Shown here piece after piece: positions 27,828 to 37,113 of a DNA stretch of 64,000 nucleotides. Every line of letters begins with the position of its first letter. Within the stretch, counting starts at the first letter, position 1. The stretch covers positions 34,089 through 98,088 of the forward strand of contig DANJ01000014.1 in NCBI GenBank assembly GCA_002497285.1, written 5' to 3'. This DNA is from Candidatus Pacearchaeota archaeon UBA92 (lineage in GTDB: Archaea > Nanobdellota > Nanobdellia > Pacearchaeales > GW2011-AR1). The notes beneath the pieces are model-generated. The model was given only the letters and a program-made list of their open reading frames with translations. It made no database searches and was not told the origin of the DNA. The position numbers and the translations under genes were made by a program.

Positions 27828-28415
27828 ATGGTGTTCAAAATAAACATATCTGGCAAAAACGGAAAGACCTGGAAGTTCGAAACAGAATCAGAGGTTCTAA
27901 TTGGAAAGAAACTAGGAGAAAAACTAAATGGCTCTGAAATATCTCCAGACTTAGCAGGATATGAGCTTACTATTAACGGGGCTTCAGATATAGCTGGATT
28001 TCCTCACAAGTTAGATGTTGAAGGTCCACAACTAAAAAGAGTTCTCTTATCTAAAGGTTGGGGAATGCATAAAAGGCCTAAAAAAGAAGGCAAGAGAAAA
28101 GTTCAAACTCCTAGAGGATTCAGGAAAAGAAAGACAGTAAGAGGAAACATAATCTCAGAAAAAACAACACAAATAAACTTAATGATAACAAGGGAAGGAA
28201 GCAAAAAAATATCTGAAATTTTCCCAGAACAAAATAAGATTATAGAAATTGAAAAGCCAACAGAAGTTATTAAAGAGGCCCCAAAAGAAGAGATAAAAGA
28301 AGAGGTTAAGAAAGAGATAAAAGATTCAATTCCTGAATCTCCAGAGACTGAAACCTCAGAATCGAAGGAAAATGCTGCTGAAGAGATTGCTGAAAAAGAA
28401 AAAAAGGAACAATAA
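27828..28415 (+). CDS. rps6e: 30S ribosomal protein S6e with K/E-rich C-terminal extension
   Basis: KINISGKNGKTWKFE...GASDIAGFPHKLDVEGPQLKRVLLSKGWGMHKRP...RKRKTVRGNIIS matches the S6e signature order (FPMKQGV...RLLLSKGHSCYRPRR...RKSVRGCIV). Confidence 0.8.
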   Translation: MVFKINISGKNGKTWKFETESEVLIGKKLGEKLNGSEISPDLAGYELTINGASDIAGFPHKLDVEGPQLKRVLLSKGWGMHKRPKKEGKRKVQTPRGFRKRKTVRGNIISEKTTQINLMITREGSKKISEIFPEQNKIIEIEKPTEVIKEAPKEEIKEEVKKEIKDSIPESPETETSESKENAAEEIAEKEKKEQ

Positions 28416-28506
28416 CTTTTAAACCTTTAACTTTTTCAAAAAATGAAAGTTTAAGGGCAAAGATTTGTAAGGCAAATCTTTAAAACACCTATTTCTAATT
28501 ATATTT

Positions 28507-29706
28507 ATGGTAAAAACCGATATAACAAATTTGGAAACCGTTAACATTGTAATAGTTGGGCACATAGACCACGGAAAGACAACATTATTACAAAAATTAT
28601 CTGGAAAGTGGACTGACACTCACTCAGAAGAATTAAAGAGAGGAATAACGATAAAACTTGGTTACGCTGATATAATTCTATCCAATGATAATGGAACTTA
28701 TAATATAGAAGGCAAAGGAGAGCCAGAAAGATATGTCTCATTTGTAGACGCCCCTGGACATGAGATGCTTATGGCCACAATGCTTTCAGGAGCTGCGATT
28801 GTTGATGCGGCAATCTTGGTCGTAGCAGCAAACGAAGGAATAAAACCACAAACCCAAGAACATTTAATTGCTTTACATACAAAGGGAATAAAACAAATAA
28901 TAATAGTGCAAAATAAAATTGATCTTGTTTCAAAAGAAAAAGCCCTTGAAAATTACAAAGCCATAAAGGAACTTGTAAAAGGAACAATTGCAGAAAATTC
29001 TCCTATAATTCCAGTATCTGCACAACAGGGAATAAACTTGCAAAGCATATTTGAAGAAATAGCCAAGATAAAAATTCCTGAAAGAGATTATGAAGGAACT
29101 CCCTTATTTGTTATTGCGAGAAGCTTTGACATTAATAAGCCGGGAACATCTCCTGAAAATCTACACGGGGCAGTTCTAGGAGGAGCAATGAAACATGGCA
29201 GATTAAAAGTCGGAGATGAAATAGAAATCAAGCCAGGAATAACAATAAAAGAAGCCAATCAAATAAAATATAAAACCCTTAAAACAAAAATTGTTTCACT
29301 GTTCAAAGGTGTACATAAAGTATCTGAAATTTCCCCTGGAGGAAGTCTTGCTATAGAAACAGAACTTGACATGTCCACAGGAAAAACAGATACCCTATCT
29401 GGAGGGGTAATTTCAATTCCGGGAAAACTACCTGAAATCACAACTTCCCTAAAATTAAAATACTCATTATTTGAAGAAATCTTTGGCACTGGAAAAAAAG
29501 AAAAAGTGGCACCCTTGAAGCCATCCGAAATGCTAATGCTCTCAGTAAATACAGCAACATCTGTAGGCATAATTAAAAGAATGTCAAATGGAATTATGGA
29601 CATGACCCTAAGAATTCCAGTTGTTCCGTTCAAAGGAGACAATGTCGGATTAGCAAGAAACATAAATAATCACTGGCGCCTTATTGGTTATGGGGAAATT
29701 CTGTAA
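28507..29706 (+). CDS. eif2g: translation initiation factor aIF2 gamma subunit
   Basis: VIVGHIDHGKTTL (G1), DAPGHE (G3), QNKIDL (G4), C-terminal beta-barrel domains, 399 aa. Confidence 0.9.
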   Translation: MVKTDITNLETVNIVIVGHIDHGKTTLLQKLSGKWTDTHSEELKRGITIKLGYADIILSNDNGTYNIEGKGEPERYVSFVDAPGHEMLMATMLSGAAIVDAAILVVAANEGIKPQTQEHLIALHTKGIKQIIIVQNKIDLVSKEKALENYKAIKELVKGTIAENSPIIPVSAQQGINLQSIFEEIAKIKIPERDYEGTPLFVIARSFDINKPGTSPENLHGAVLGGAMKHGRLKVGDEIEIKPGITIKEANQIKYKTLKTKIVSLFKGVHKVSEISPGGSLAIETELDMSTGKTDTLSGGVISIPGKLPEITTSLKLKYSLFEEIFGTGKKEKVAPLKPSEMLMLSVNTATSVGIIKRMSNGIMDMTLRIPVVPFKGDNVGLARNINNHWRLIGYGEIL

Positions 29707-30059
29707 TGACAAGACTTATCAGCATTGCCATTAATTGGGCAGGCAATAAAGCTGGAAAACTAACTAAAAAAGGTGAATTGAAAAAAAAATCAAATACAAT
29801 AATCTTCAATTATTTAGAAAGAGATGCAACAATAAGAGGCGTAATAGGAACTGCAAATTATAACGAAGATCAGTTAAGAATAATTTATGATAATGCAAAA
29901 AGTCAAAGGCCTGAGAGATTAAGAGAATATTTGAAATTATTACATTCCATTGTTGAGGACAGGGCATTTTATGATTTAACTGGTTTGGATTATGTGACTG
30001 GAGAAATACCTAAAGTAAAGGCCGGAATGGCTTTAGCAGTTTTAAGGGAAAATATATAA
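29706..30059 (+). CDS. hypothetical protein (117 aa), start overlaps the aIF2-gamma stop
   Basis: ATGA-type overlap with the upstream gene. No recognisable motif. Confidence 0.35.
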   Translation: MTRLISIAINWAGNKAGKLTKKGELKKKSNTIIFNYLERDATIRGVIGTANYNEDQLRIIYDNAKSQRPERLREYLKLLHSIVEDRAFYDLTGLDYVTGEIPKVKAGMALAVLRENI

Positions 30060-30081
30060 GAGCTTCTTTTTTAGAACAATA

Positions 30082-32988
30082 ATGCCCTCAGCTATAGAAA
30101 AAACATTCGGTCCATGTATTATTCTTGCAGGAGCAGGCACAGGAAAAACCTACAAAATAGTTGAGAAAATAGAATATCTGTTAAAAAATAATCTTTATCA
30201 GCCAGAAAAGATTGTCTGCCTTACATTTTCAAACGAAGCCGCAAATTCATTAAGAACAAAAATTCTCCCAATACTAAAAGACGATAGAGAACCAATAATG
30301 AGAACATTTCACGCATTTTGCTCTGACTTGATTAAAAAGCATGGAAAAAATATAGGAATAACAGAAAACTTCAGAATAATGACTCCAGAAGATGCGAAAA
30401 TAATTCTTCATAAACATTTTAAGATTCAGCCCTACTACTGTCACAGATACATTTCAACAATAGGAACTGCAAAAGACCTTGGAATAAAGATAGAAGAGCT
30501 TGACAAATATTTTATAGAAAATATGAATGCCCTTGGAAATCCAAATCTTGAAAAAACTCTTGAGAATTTAAATTTCACTCTAAAAACATCTCACTTAAAA
30601 AAAGAAAGTTATCACAAAAAAAGCGGATTGAGTGAATTAATAGAAAGACATCAAAAACTGCTAGATTTGAGAAAATTCGTGCAAACATGGAAAGCATACG
30701 AAAAAATAAAGAAAATAAAGAATTTCCAAGATTATTCTGATTTAAACAAAAATGCCATAGATTTACTTGAAAAAAATCCCCATCTTGCAAATGAATTTGA
30801 TTATATCATAGTAGATGAATTTCAGGATACAAACAAAATGCAATTTGACTTGTTAAAATTGATTTCTCCTAAAAAAAATATAACTGTCGTAGGCGACTTA
30901 AATCAATCGATTTACAGATTCAGAGGAGCTTACAAGGAAAACTTTAACCTTTTCAAGAAACATTTTTCAGTAAGAGATGAAGAAATATTTACCCTTACTA
31001 AATCATTCCGGTCCCCAGATTCAGTATTAAATCTCGCACATCAGTTGATAGAATACAATTACGAAAAAAAGGAAGATTGCTTTAAAGTTGAAAATGCCCA
31101 TAATAGAAAAGGTGAAAAGGCGCAGGTCTATGAATTAAAAAACGCAAAAGAAGAAACAAGGAAAATTATAGAAATAGTAAAACATGAAATCGGGAAAGGA
31201 ACACCGGAAAATGAGATATGCATTATGTTTCGAACCCATCAGCAATCGAGAATGTTGAAAAAGGCATTTGAATACGAAAAAATCCCTTATATTGCCATTG
31301 CCTCAAATTCTCTTTTAAAAATTCCAATTGTGAAAAAAGTAGTTGATTATTTGAAAATTATAAATTCAATAAAAACAAAAACAAATAATTCAGAGCATTC
31401 ATGGTGGAATTTGATACATGAAGCAAATCTTCCTGATTCGGATTTAATAAACCTCGGAAAGTTCATTAAAAATAACAAAGAGGAAGATTTAAACAAAGAA
31501 CTAACAGAGAACATACAAAAGTTCAATCTTTCAGAAGAAGGAAAGATAAAATTCGGAATTATAACAAAAAAAATAAATGACCTTGTTCCACATGCATCCG
31601 AAGATATACAAAAATTAATCTTAAAACTATATGAGATAACTGGAATAAGTTCGGAAGCAAGTGATAAGGAAAATTTCTTATGTCTTCAAAAGCTTCATGA
31701 AATAACTCAAGAATATTCAGAAACAGATTCCCCAGACATAGACTCTTTCATAAACCACCTCAAGATAATGGAAACCCTTGACATCGAAATAGATGCCCCT
31801 TCAGCTCAAGAGTCCGGAATAAGAATAATGACTCTGCATGCAACTAAAGGTTTGGAATATAAGGTGGTCATTGTAACTAACCTTGCCCAAAAACGTTTCC
31901 CGATGGAAAAGATTGGAAATAATTCAATTATACCTCCCGAATTATCTCCTGAACTAAAAGAAATGCTTAAACCAATTCCAGAAGTTGAAAGGAAATATAT
32001 TATAAAAGAATATGAAACCAAGAATCAGTTATTAGAAGAAAGGCGCTTGTGTTATGTAGCCTTCACAAGGTCTAAAGAAAACCTCTATTTAACATATGCA
32101 AAAGAATATGGAAATAAAAAATATTTACCATCACAATTTCTTAATGAGGTAGAATACAAGAAAAATCCAGATATCTTATTTATAGAAGATAATGAAGAAA
32201 AGTACCTTGAGCCAAATCTGGAAATAAAACCTGCACAAATTCAGAACAACCTCAAAAATATTAAGTTCTCACCCTCTTCTTTATTACTCTTTGACGAATG
32301 CCAGAAAAAATATGAGTACAAATATATTTATAACATGCCAGAACCAATTCCTCTTTCTTGGGAAGCAATAAAGCTCGGTTCTTTTGTGCATCATGTTGCA
32401 GAAATAGGGACAAAAAGCCTTATCAAAGAAGAAAAAGAATTCATAATTCTTGCAAAAACTCTTCAAGCTGAGGAAAAATGGGAATTCGTTAATTTAGATG
32501 AAGCTATTCCTCTAATAAGGGTATTTTTTGAAAGAAACAAAAACAAATATTCTAAAGACTCTAAAACGGAAATAAATCTTCAAGCAAATATTGAAGGAAT
32601 AAATTTTATAGGTTATGCAGACCGCATTGACTTCACAGATAAAGGAGTTGAAATAATTGACTACAAAACTGGGAATACTATTGTAAAACCAAAAGCCAGA
32701 GATTGGCAACTTGGATTTTACGCTCTAGCTGCAAAAGACAAATATGGAAAAATCTACAAGTTAACTTTGGATATGTTAAAAAAGGAAAAACCAATAGAAT
32801 TTGTCTTAGATTCTAAAGGAAATGCCGTAGAATCAATATCAGGAAGAATGTCTTTCAATTTAGATGAAGTCAAAGAGCAATTAATAGAAACTGCAAAAAA
32901 AATTCTTGCCTGTTATCAGTCAGGATTCAAACCCTGCCCTATAGAAAAGAACTGCGAATTCTGTAATGAATATGTCTGGAATATCTAG
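30082..32988 (+). CDS. UvrD/PcrA-like SF1 helicase fused to a C-terminal RecB/Cas4-like PD-(D/E)xK nuclease with Cys cluster
   Basis: N-terminus ILAGAGTGKTYKIVEKIEYLL (Walker A), IIVDEFQDTN (motif II), VGDLNQSIYRFRGA (motif III), TLHATKGLEYKVV and YVAFTRSKENLYL (motifs V/VI). C-terminus GYADRIDF...IIDYKTG (RecB nuclease motif) and CPIEKNCEFC. Confidence 0.7.
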   Translation: MPSAIEKTFGPCIILAGAGTGKTYKIVEKIEYLLKNNLYQPEKIVCLTFSNEAANSLRTKILPILKDDREPIMRTFHAFCSDLIKKHGKNIGITENFRIMTPEDAKIILHKHFKIQPYYCHRYISTIGTAKDLGIKIEELDKYFIENMNALGNPNLEKTLENLNFTLKTSHLKKESYHKKSGLSELIERHQKLLDLRKFVQTWKAYEKIKKIKNFQDYSDLNKNAIDLLEKNPHLANEFDYIIVDEFQDTNKMQFDLLKLISPKKNITVVGDLNQSIYRFRGAYKENFNLFKKHFSVRDEEIFTLTKSFRSPDSVLNLAHQLIEYNYEKKEDCFKVENAHNRKGEKAQVYELKNAKEETRKIIEIVKHEIGKGTPENEICIMFRTHQQSRMLKKAFEYEKIPYIAIASNSLLKIPIVKKVVDYLKIINSIKTKTNNSEHSWWNLIHEANLPDSDLINLGKFIKNNKEEDLNKELTENIQKFNLSEEGKIKFGIITKKINDLVPHASEDIQKLILKLYEITGISSEASDKENFLCLQKLHEITQEYSETDSPDIDSFINHLKIMETLDIEIDAPSAQESGIRIMTLHATKGLEYKVVIVTNLAQKRFPMEKIGNNSIIPPELSPELKEMLKPIPEVERKYIIKEYETKNQLLEERRLCYVAFTRSKENLYLTYAKEYGNKKYLPSQFLNEVEYKKNPDILFIEDNEEKYLEPNLEIKPAQIQNNLKNIKFSPSSLLLFDECQKKYEYKYIYNMPEPIPLSWEAIKLGSFVHHVAEIGTKSLIKEEKEFIILAKTLQAEEKWEFVNLDEAIPLIRVFFERNKNKYSKDSKTEINLQANIEGINFIGYADRIDFTDKGVEIIDYKTGNTIVKPKARDWQLGFYALAAKDKYGKIYKLTLDMLKKEKPIEFVLDSKGNAVESISGRMSFNLDEVKEQLIETAKKILACYQSGFKPCPIEKNCEFCNEYVWNI

Positions 32989-33386
32989 AATTTTACATTC
33001 ATCATAAATTCCTTAACCATCTTCCTTGTCTCTTTCTCGCTTCTGACAGAATGATGTATAATTTCATGGACAAAAGTATCTAATAATTCTTTATTCAATA
33101 ATTTCCCTTTAAATTTAGCAAATGGTTTCGTATAAATATCAATTACAATAACATTCTTTGATATTCTCTTGCCCTGAACATAATAAAACCCATAAAGCTC
33201 TCCCTCGCCTTCCTTGAAATTTATCAGAACTTCCTCAGGAAGTTCATACTCGTCCATCAATCCCTCAAGTTCATAAGAAAAATTATCTATAATCTTAAAA
33301 AAGGAGTTATATATTTCAGAATTACATTCGTCAGAACATCTTATTCCTAAAACCCTTCTTCCTAAAACAAGTCTCTTTTCCATCAT
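32985..33386 (-). CDS. hypothetical protein with HExxH motif (FVHEIIHHS), possible small metalloprotease
   Basis: 133 aa. Single HEIIH motif near the C-terminus. 4-nt overlap with the upstream membrane-protein gene. Confidence 0.3.
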   Translation of the reverse strand: MMEKRLVLGRRVLGIRCSDECNSEIYNSFFKIIDNFSYELEGLMDEYELPEEVLINFKEGEGELYGFYYVQGKRISKNVIVIDIYTKPFAKFKGKLLNKELLDTFVHEIIHHSVRSEKETRKMVKEFMMNVKF

Positions 33387-33961
33387 TTATTTCTAACATA
33401 AACGATGATAGTAGCCAACAATGCCCCTAAAGTGTTGAACACTAAGTCCCATGCGTTATTATAATATCCTCCAACCCCACTACTTTCTAAGAACAAAACC
33501 ATCATAAATTCAACTATCTCATTCAAAGCTCCAATACCCACGCTAATTAAAGCTAAGGCAACAAAAACAAGCCAGTGTTTTTTCTTCAAATTTCCTTTCA
33601 ACAAATGCCATATTGCAAAGACAACTACAAAATACAAGTATGCATGAATAAACTGATCCATTTTTAGCACATAAAAGTTCTCAGTAACCCATATAGGAAT
33701 TAATTGTAATGAATACAATGTTGCCCCCTTAACTATCAAACCGCCTCCTAACATATGAAGAAGTCCCCATATAGATAAGCCCCATAATATTCCATAACCA
33801 AACTTAGTCCTTCTTAGAGTTCCAGCAACTACCAAAAATAAGATGACAAGAATTGCAATATATCCAAGGAATTCATAATCGTTTATAGAAATATAATATA
33901 TTGCAGCTCCAATTATATATGCAAGGTTGAAAACAAGAAGTAACCACTCACCTTTTTTCAT
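33383..33961 (-). CDS. integral membrane protein (about 6 TM), function unknown
   Basis: Alternating hydrophobic segments across 192 aa. Co-transcribed with the HExxH protein. Confidence 0.45.
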   Translation of the reverse strand: MKKGEWLLLVFNLAYIIGAAIYYISINDYEFLGYIAILVILFLVVAGTLRRTKFGYGILWGLSIWGLLHMLGGGLIVKGATLYSLQLIPIWVTENFYVLKMDQFIHAYLYFVVVFAIWHLLKGNLKKKHWLVFVALALISVGIGALNEIVEFMMVLFLESSGVGGYYNNAWDLVFNTLGALLATIIVYVRNK

Positions 33962-34076
33962 AATCTATAAAGGAAACTTCAGCTTAAAAACCTAATTGTT
34001 ATTCTAATTCTTTAACACATAGCTTCAAGACAAAATCCAGCAGTTTCATCTAAGATAGGAAACTTCTACCGAGCAT

Positions 34077-34346
34077 TCATAAGTATTCTATGAGCTTCCG
34101 CATAAATAATATCATCAGCTCCTTCGGATTATTTATATGAGCAAAATCAAGAAATTTTATAGAATCTTTAATCACTTGTTTATTAGCATATTCGCCCCTA
34201 AATAAAAAATAACTAAACTCTTCTGGAATCGCGGCCACAACTATTCCCTTATTATCAACCTTATTAACTTTATATCCCCAAGGATTTGGAGCCTCTCTAG
34301 GTTTAGGAATTTTATTGTACCTTAATAATCTTACTTCTTCATCCAT
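34077..34346 (-). CDS. hypothetical protein (89 aa)
   Basis: ORF only. Confidence 0.25.
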   Translation of the reverse strand: MDEEVRLLRYNKIPKPREAPNPWGYKVNKVDNKGIVVAAIPEEFSYFLFRGEYANKQVIKDSIKFLDFAHINNPKELMILFMRKLIEYL

Positions 34347-34404
34347 AAAAATTATCCTTTTAGAACCTATTTAAAGATTATGAAGAATTAATACTAATTA
34401 GAAT

Positions 34405-36933
34405 TTATTCGCCTTCCAAAACAACATCTTCCCTTACAAGTTTAACAACATCTGCAACTCTGTCTCCAGGTTTAAGCTTAACAACGTGAACTCCTTGTGT
34501 TGCCCTTCCCATCACACGAAGCTGTTTCATCCCAATTCTAATTATCATTCCCTTTGTTGTTGTAAGGATTACAGAATCTTTGTCATCTACACTAACGCTC
34601 TTCACAATATTACCTGTCTTCTCGCCTGCTTTAAGATTAATGACTCCCTTTCCACCTCTCGCAGTCTTTCTATAATCTTCAAGAGCAGACCTTTTTCCAA
34701 AGCCTTTTTCAGCTATAGTCAAAATCGTTGTCTTCCCCTCTTTATCCAAAGGAACAAGAGCAACTACTTCATCTCCATTTCCAAGATCAATCCCCTTAAC
34801 CCCATAACTTGCTCTACCCATACTTCTGACATCATTAGAATTAAACCTCACTGCTTGTCCTTTCTTTGTTGTGAGTAACACTTCTTGCCCATCTTCAATA
34901 CGACTTACACTAATTAAATTATCACTTCCATCTACAGGAAGATTAATTGCACGGACTCCTGCAGACCTTGGTTTGCTTAAATCTTTCAAAGGCAATTTCT
35001 TCACAATTCCAAGTTTCGTAGCAAACATCAGATAGTCTTTATCAAAATCTTTTACAGCCATTATATTTGTAACTTCCTCGTCTCTCAAATTAAGAAGATT
35101 TGCAATGCTTCTGCCCTTGCCTTGTCTCATAGCATCAGAAACATCATTTGCCTTAAGCCAATAAACTCTACCTCTTGAACTGAAGAAAAGCAAATAATCA
35201 TGAGTTGAACAAGTTATCAATTCTTTCACAAAGTCTTCTTCCTTCAGTCCTGCCCCTGTGACTCCAGAACCTCCTCTCTTCTGCTCCTTGTAAGTCTTTG
35301 TATCTGTTCTCTTTATATATCCCGAATGAGTAAGTGTTACAACAACCTCTTTCTTTTCAATTAAATCTTTTTCCTTAATTTCGGCAATTTTCTTTAATAC
35401 AGTAGTTCTTCTTTCATCCCCATATTCTTTCTTCAAATCCTGAACCTCTTTCTTTATTACTCCGAGTATTTCTTGTTCACTTCCAAGCAATTTCTGAAGA
35501 TGAGCAATTATTTCATTCAGTTTCTTTTCCTCATCTCTAAGTTTACCATCTTCAAGTTTCGTTAATTGTTGTAATCTCATTTCAAGAACAGCTTTCGCCT
35601 GTCTAATTGTAAGCTTAAACTTACCCATTAACTCATCCTGAGCATCAGAAACATTCTTTGACCTCTTTATAGCTGCAACAACTGCATCTATATCTTTCAA
35701 AGCCAATAGCAAACCAAGAACAATCTCAAGTCTATCTTCTGCCTTTTTTAAATCAAACTTACTTCTTTTTGTTACGACTAATTTCCTATAATTAATGTAG
35801 ACTCCAAGATAATCATTAAGATTCAAAATCTTAGGCTTTCCATCAACCAAAGCAAGAATGTTAGCATCAAAATTAGTCTGTAACTTTGTTAGTTTATACA
35901 ATTTATTCAATGTAAACTTAGAGTCGGCTCCCTTTTTCAATTCTATAACAATTCTCACAAGCCCCTTTGCACTTTCATCTCTCAAATCAGAAACATCAGG
36001 AAGTTTTTTGTCAGTAGCAAGTTTGGCAATGTCTTTAACTAAATCAGCCTTGTTAACCATATATGGAATCTCTGTTATAACTATTGAAGACTTGCCTTTG
36101 ATTTCTTCTATCTTTGTCTTAGCCCTCATAATTAATTTTCCTTTTCCGAACTTGTACATTTCTTGAATTCCTAATCCAGTCACATATCCGCCAGTTGGAA
36201 AATCAGGACCTGTAACTATTTCCATCAAAGCATTTTCATCTATGTTCGGTTTATTGATTTTAGCGACAATGGCATCACATAATTCAGTAAGATTGTGAGG
36301 CGGAATATTTGTAGCCATTCCAACTGCAATTCCTGTAGCTCCATTCAAAAACAAATTTGGTAACTTTCCAGGAACAGTCTCGGGTTCCTTAAGAGAATTA
36401 TCATAGTTGGCATTCATTTTCACAGTTTCTTTCTCAATATCTTTCAATAATTCCTGAGAAATCTTGCTCATTTTTGCTTCAGTGTATCTTTGAGCAGCCG
36501 GACTATCTCCGTCCATGCTTCCAAAATTACCTTGCCCATAAACAAGAGGGTATCTCAAAGAAAAATCTTGAGCCATTCTAACCATTGCATCATAAACTGC
36601 TACATCTCCATGAGGATGAAACTTTCCAAGAGTCTCTCCAACTATTCTAGCAGATTTCATAGTAGGCTTACTTGGATCCAATCCGAGCAAATGCATAGCA
36701 TAAAGAATTCTTCTATGAACAGGCTTTAAGCCATCTTCAGCATTTGGCAAAGCCCTTTGAACAATGACTGACATTGCATAGTCTATGTAAGATTTCTCCA
36801 TCTCTTCGACAATTTCTCTTCCTGCAATTCCCTTCTCTTCTCCAAGCTGATCTTTCAATCTTCTTTTTATTTCTAAGTCTTCTAACTTCTTCTCAATAAG
36901 ACTTTCGCCGTTTTCATTTGTTTCTTCAGTCAT
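34405..36933 (-). CDS. gyrA: DNA gyrase subunit A
   Basis: [16 protein letters not shown] (active-site region; catalytic Tyr in [17 protein letters not shown] context), GyrA-box-like beta-pinwheel C-terminal domain, 842 aa. Confidence 0.9.
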   Translation of the reverse strand: MTEETNENGESLIEKKLEDLEIKRRLKDQLGEEKGIAGREIVEEMEKSYIDYAMSVIVQRALPNAEDGLKPVHRRILYAMHLLGLDPSKPTMKSARIVGETLGKFHPHGDVAVYDAMVRMAQDFSLRYPLVYGQGNFGSMDGDSPAAQRYTEAKMSKISQELLKDIEKETVKMNANYDNSLKEPETVPGKLPNLFLNGATGIAVGMATNIPPHNLTELCDAIVAKINKPNIDENALMEIVTGPDFPTGGYVTGLGIQEMYKFGKGKLIMRAKTKIEEIKGKSSIVITEIPYMVNKADLVKDIAKLATDKKLPDVSDLRDESAKGLVRIVIELKKGADSKFTLNKLYKLTKLQTNFDANILALVDGKPKILNLNDYLGVYINYRKLVVTKRSKFDLKKAEDRLEIVLGLLLALKDIDAVVAAIKRSKNVSDAQDELMGKFKLTIRQAKAVLEMRLQQLTKLEDGKLRDEEKKLNEIIAHLQKLLGSEQEILGVIKKEVQDLKKEYGDERRTTVLKKIAEIKEKDLIEKKEVVVTLTHSGYIKRTDTKTYKEQKRGGSGVTGAGLKEEDFVKELITCSTHDYLLFFSSRGRVYWLKANDVSDAMRQGKGRSIANLLNLRDEEVTNIMAVKDFDKDYLMFATKLGIVKKLPLKDLSKPRSAGVRAINLPVDGSDNLISVSRIEDGQEVLLTTKKGQAVRFNSNDVRSMGRASYGVKGIDLGNGDEVVALVPLDKEGKTTILTIAEKGFGKRSALEDYRKTARGGKGVINLKAGEKTGNIVKSVSVDDKDSVILTTTKGMIIRIGMKQLRVMGRATQGVHVVKLKPGDRVADVVKLVREDVVLEGE

Positions 36934-37112
36934 TCTTCCTCCTCTTCATTTTCTGAATAGTGTATTAAAAGATCATTATCTTCATCTATGCTAAAACCAA
37001 TATGCCCCTTCGTTTCCATAAGTTCATTCAATTTTCCCATAAGTTCCTCTATTCCATCTCTGTCAAGTTCAAATTCAAGAACATCAACTTCATCCTTTTC
37101 ATTTTCTTCCAT
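36930..37112 (-). CDS. small highly acidic protein (60 aa) encoded between gyrB and gyrA
   Basis: ATG at 37112..37110 lies 2 nt after the gyrB stop (37114..37116). The [63 protein letters not shown] ends with ATGA overlapping the gyrA start at 36933. It exactly fills the 180-nt gyrB-gyrA spacer. Confidence 0.4.
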   Translation of the reverse strand: MEENEKDEVDVLEFELDRDGIEELMGKLNELMETKGHIGFSIDEDNDLLIHYSENEEEEE

Positions 37113-37113
37113 C

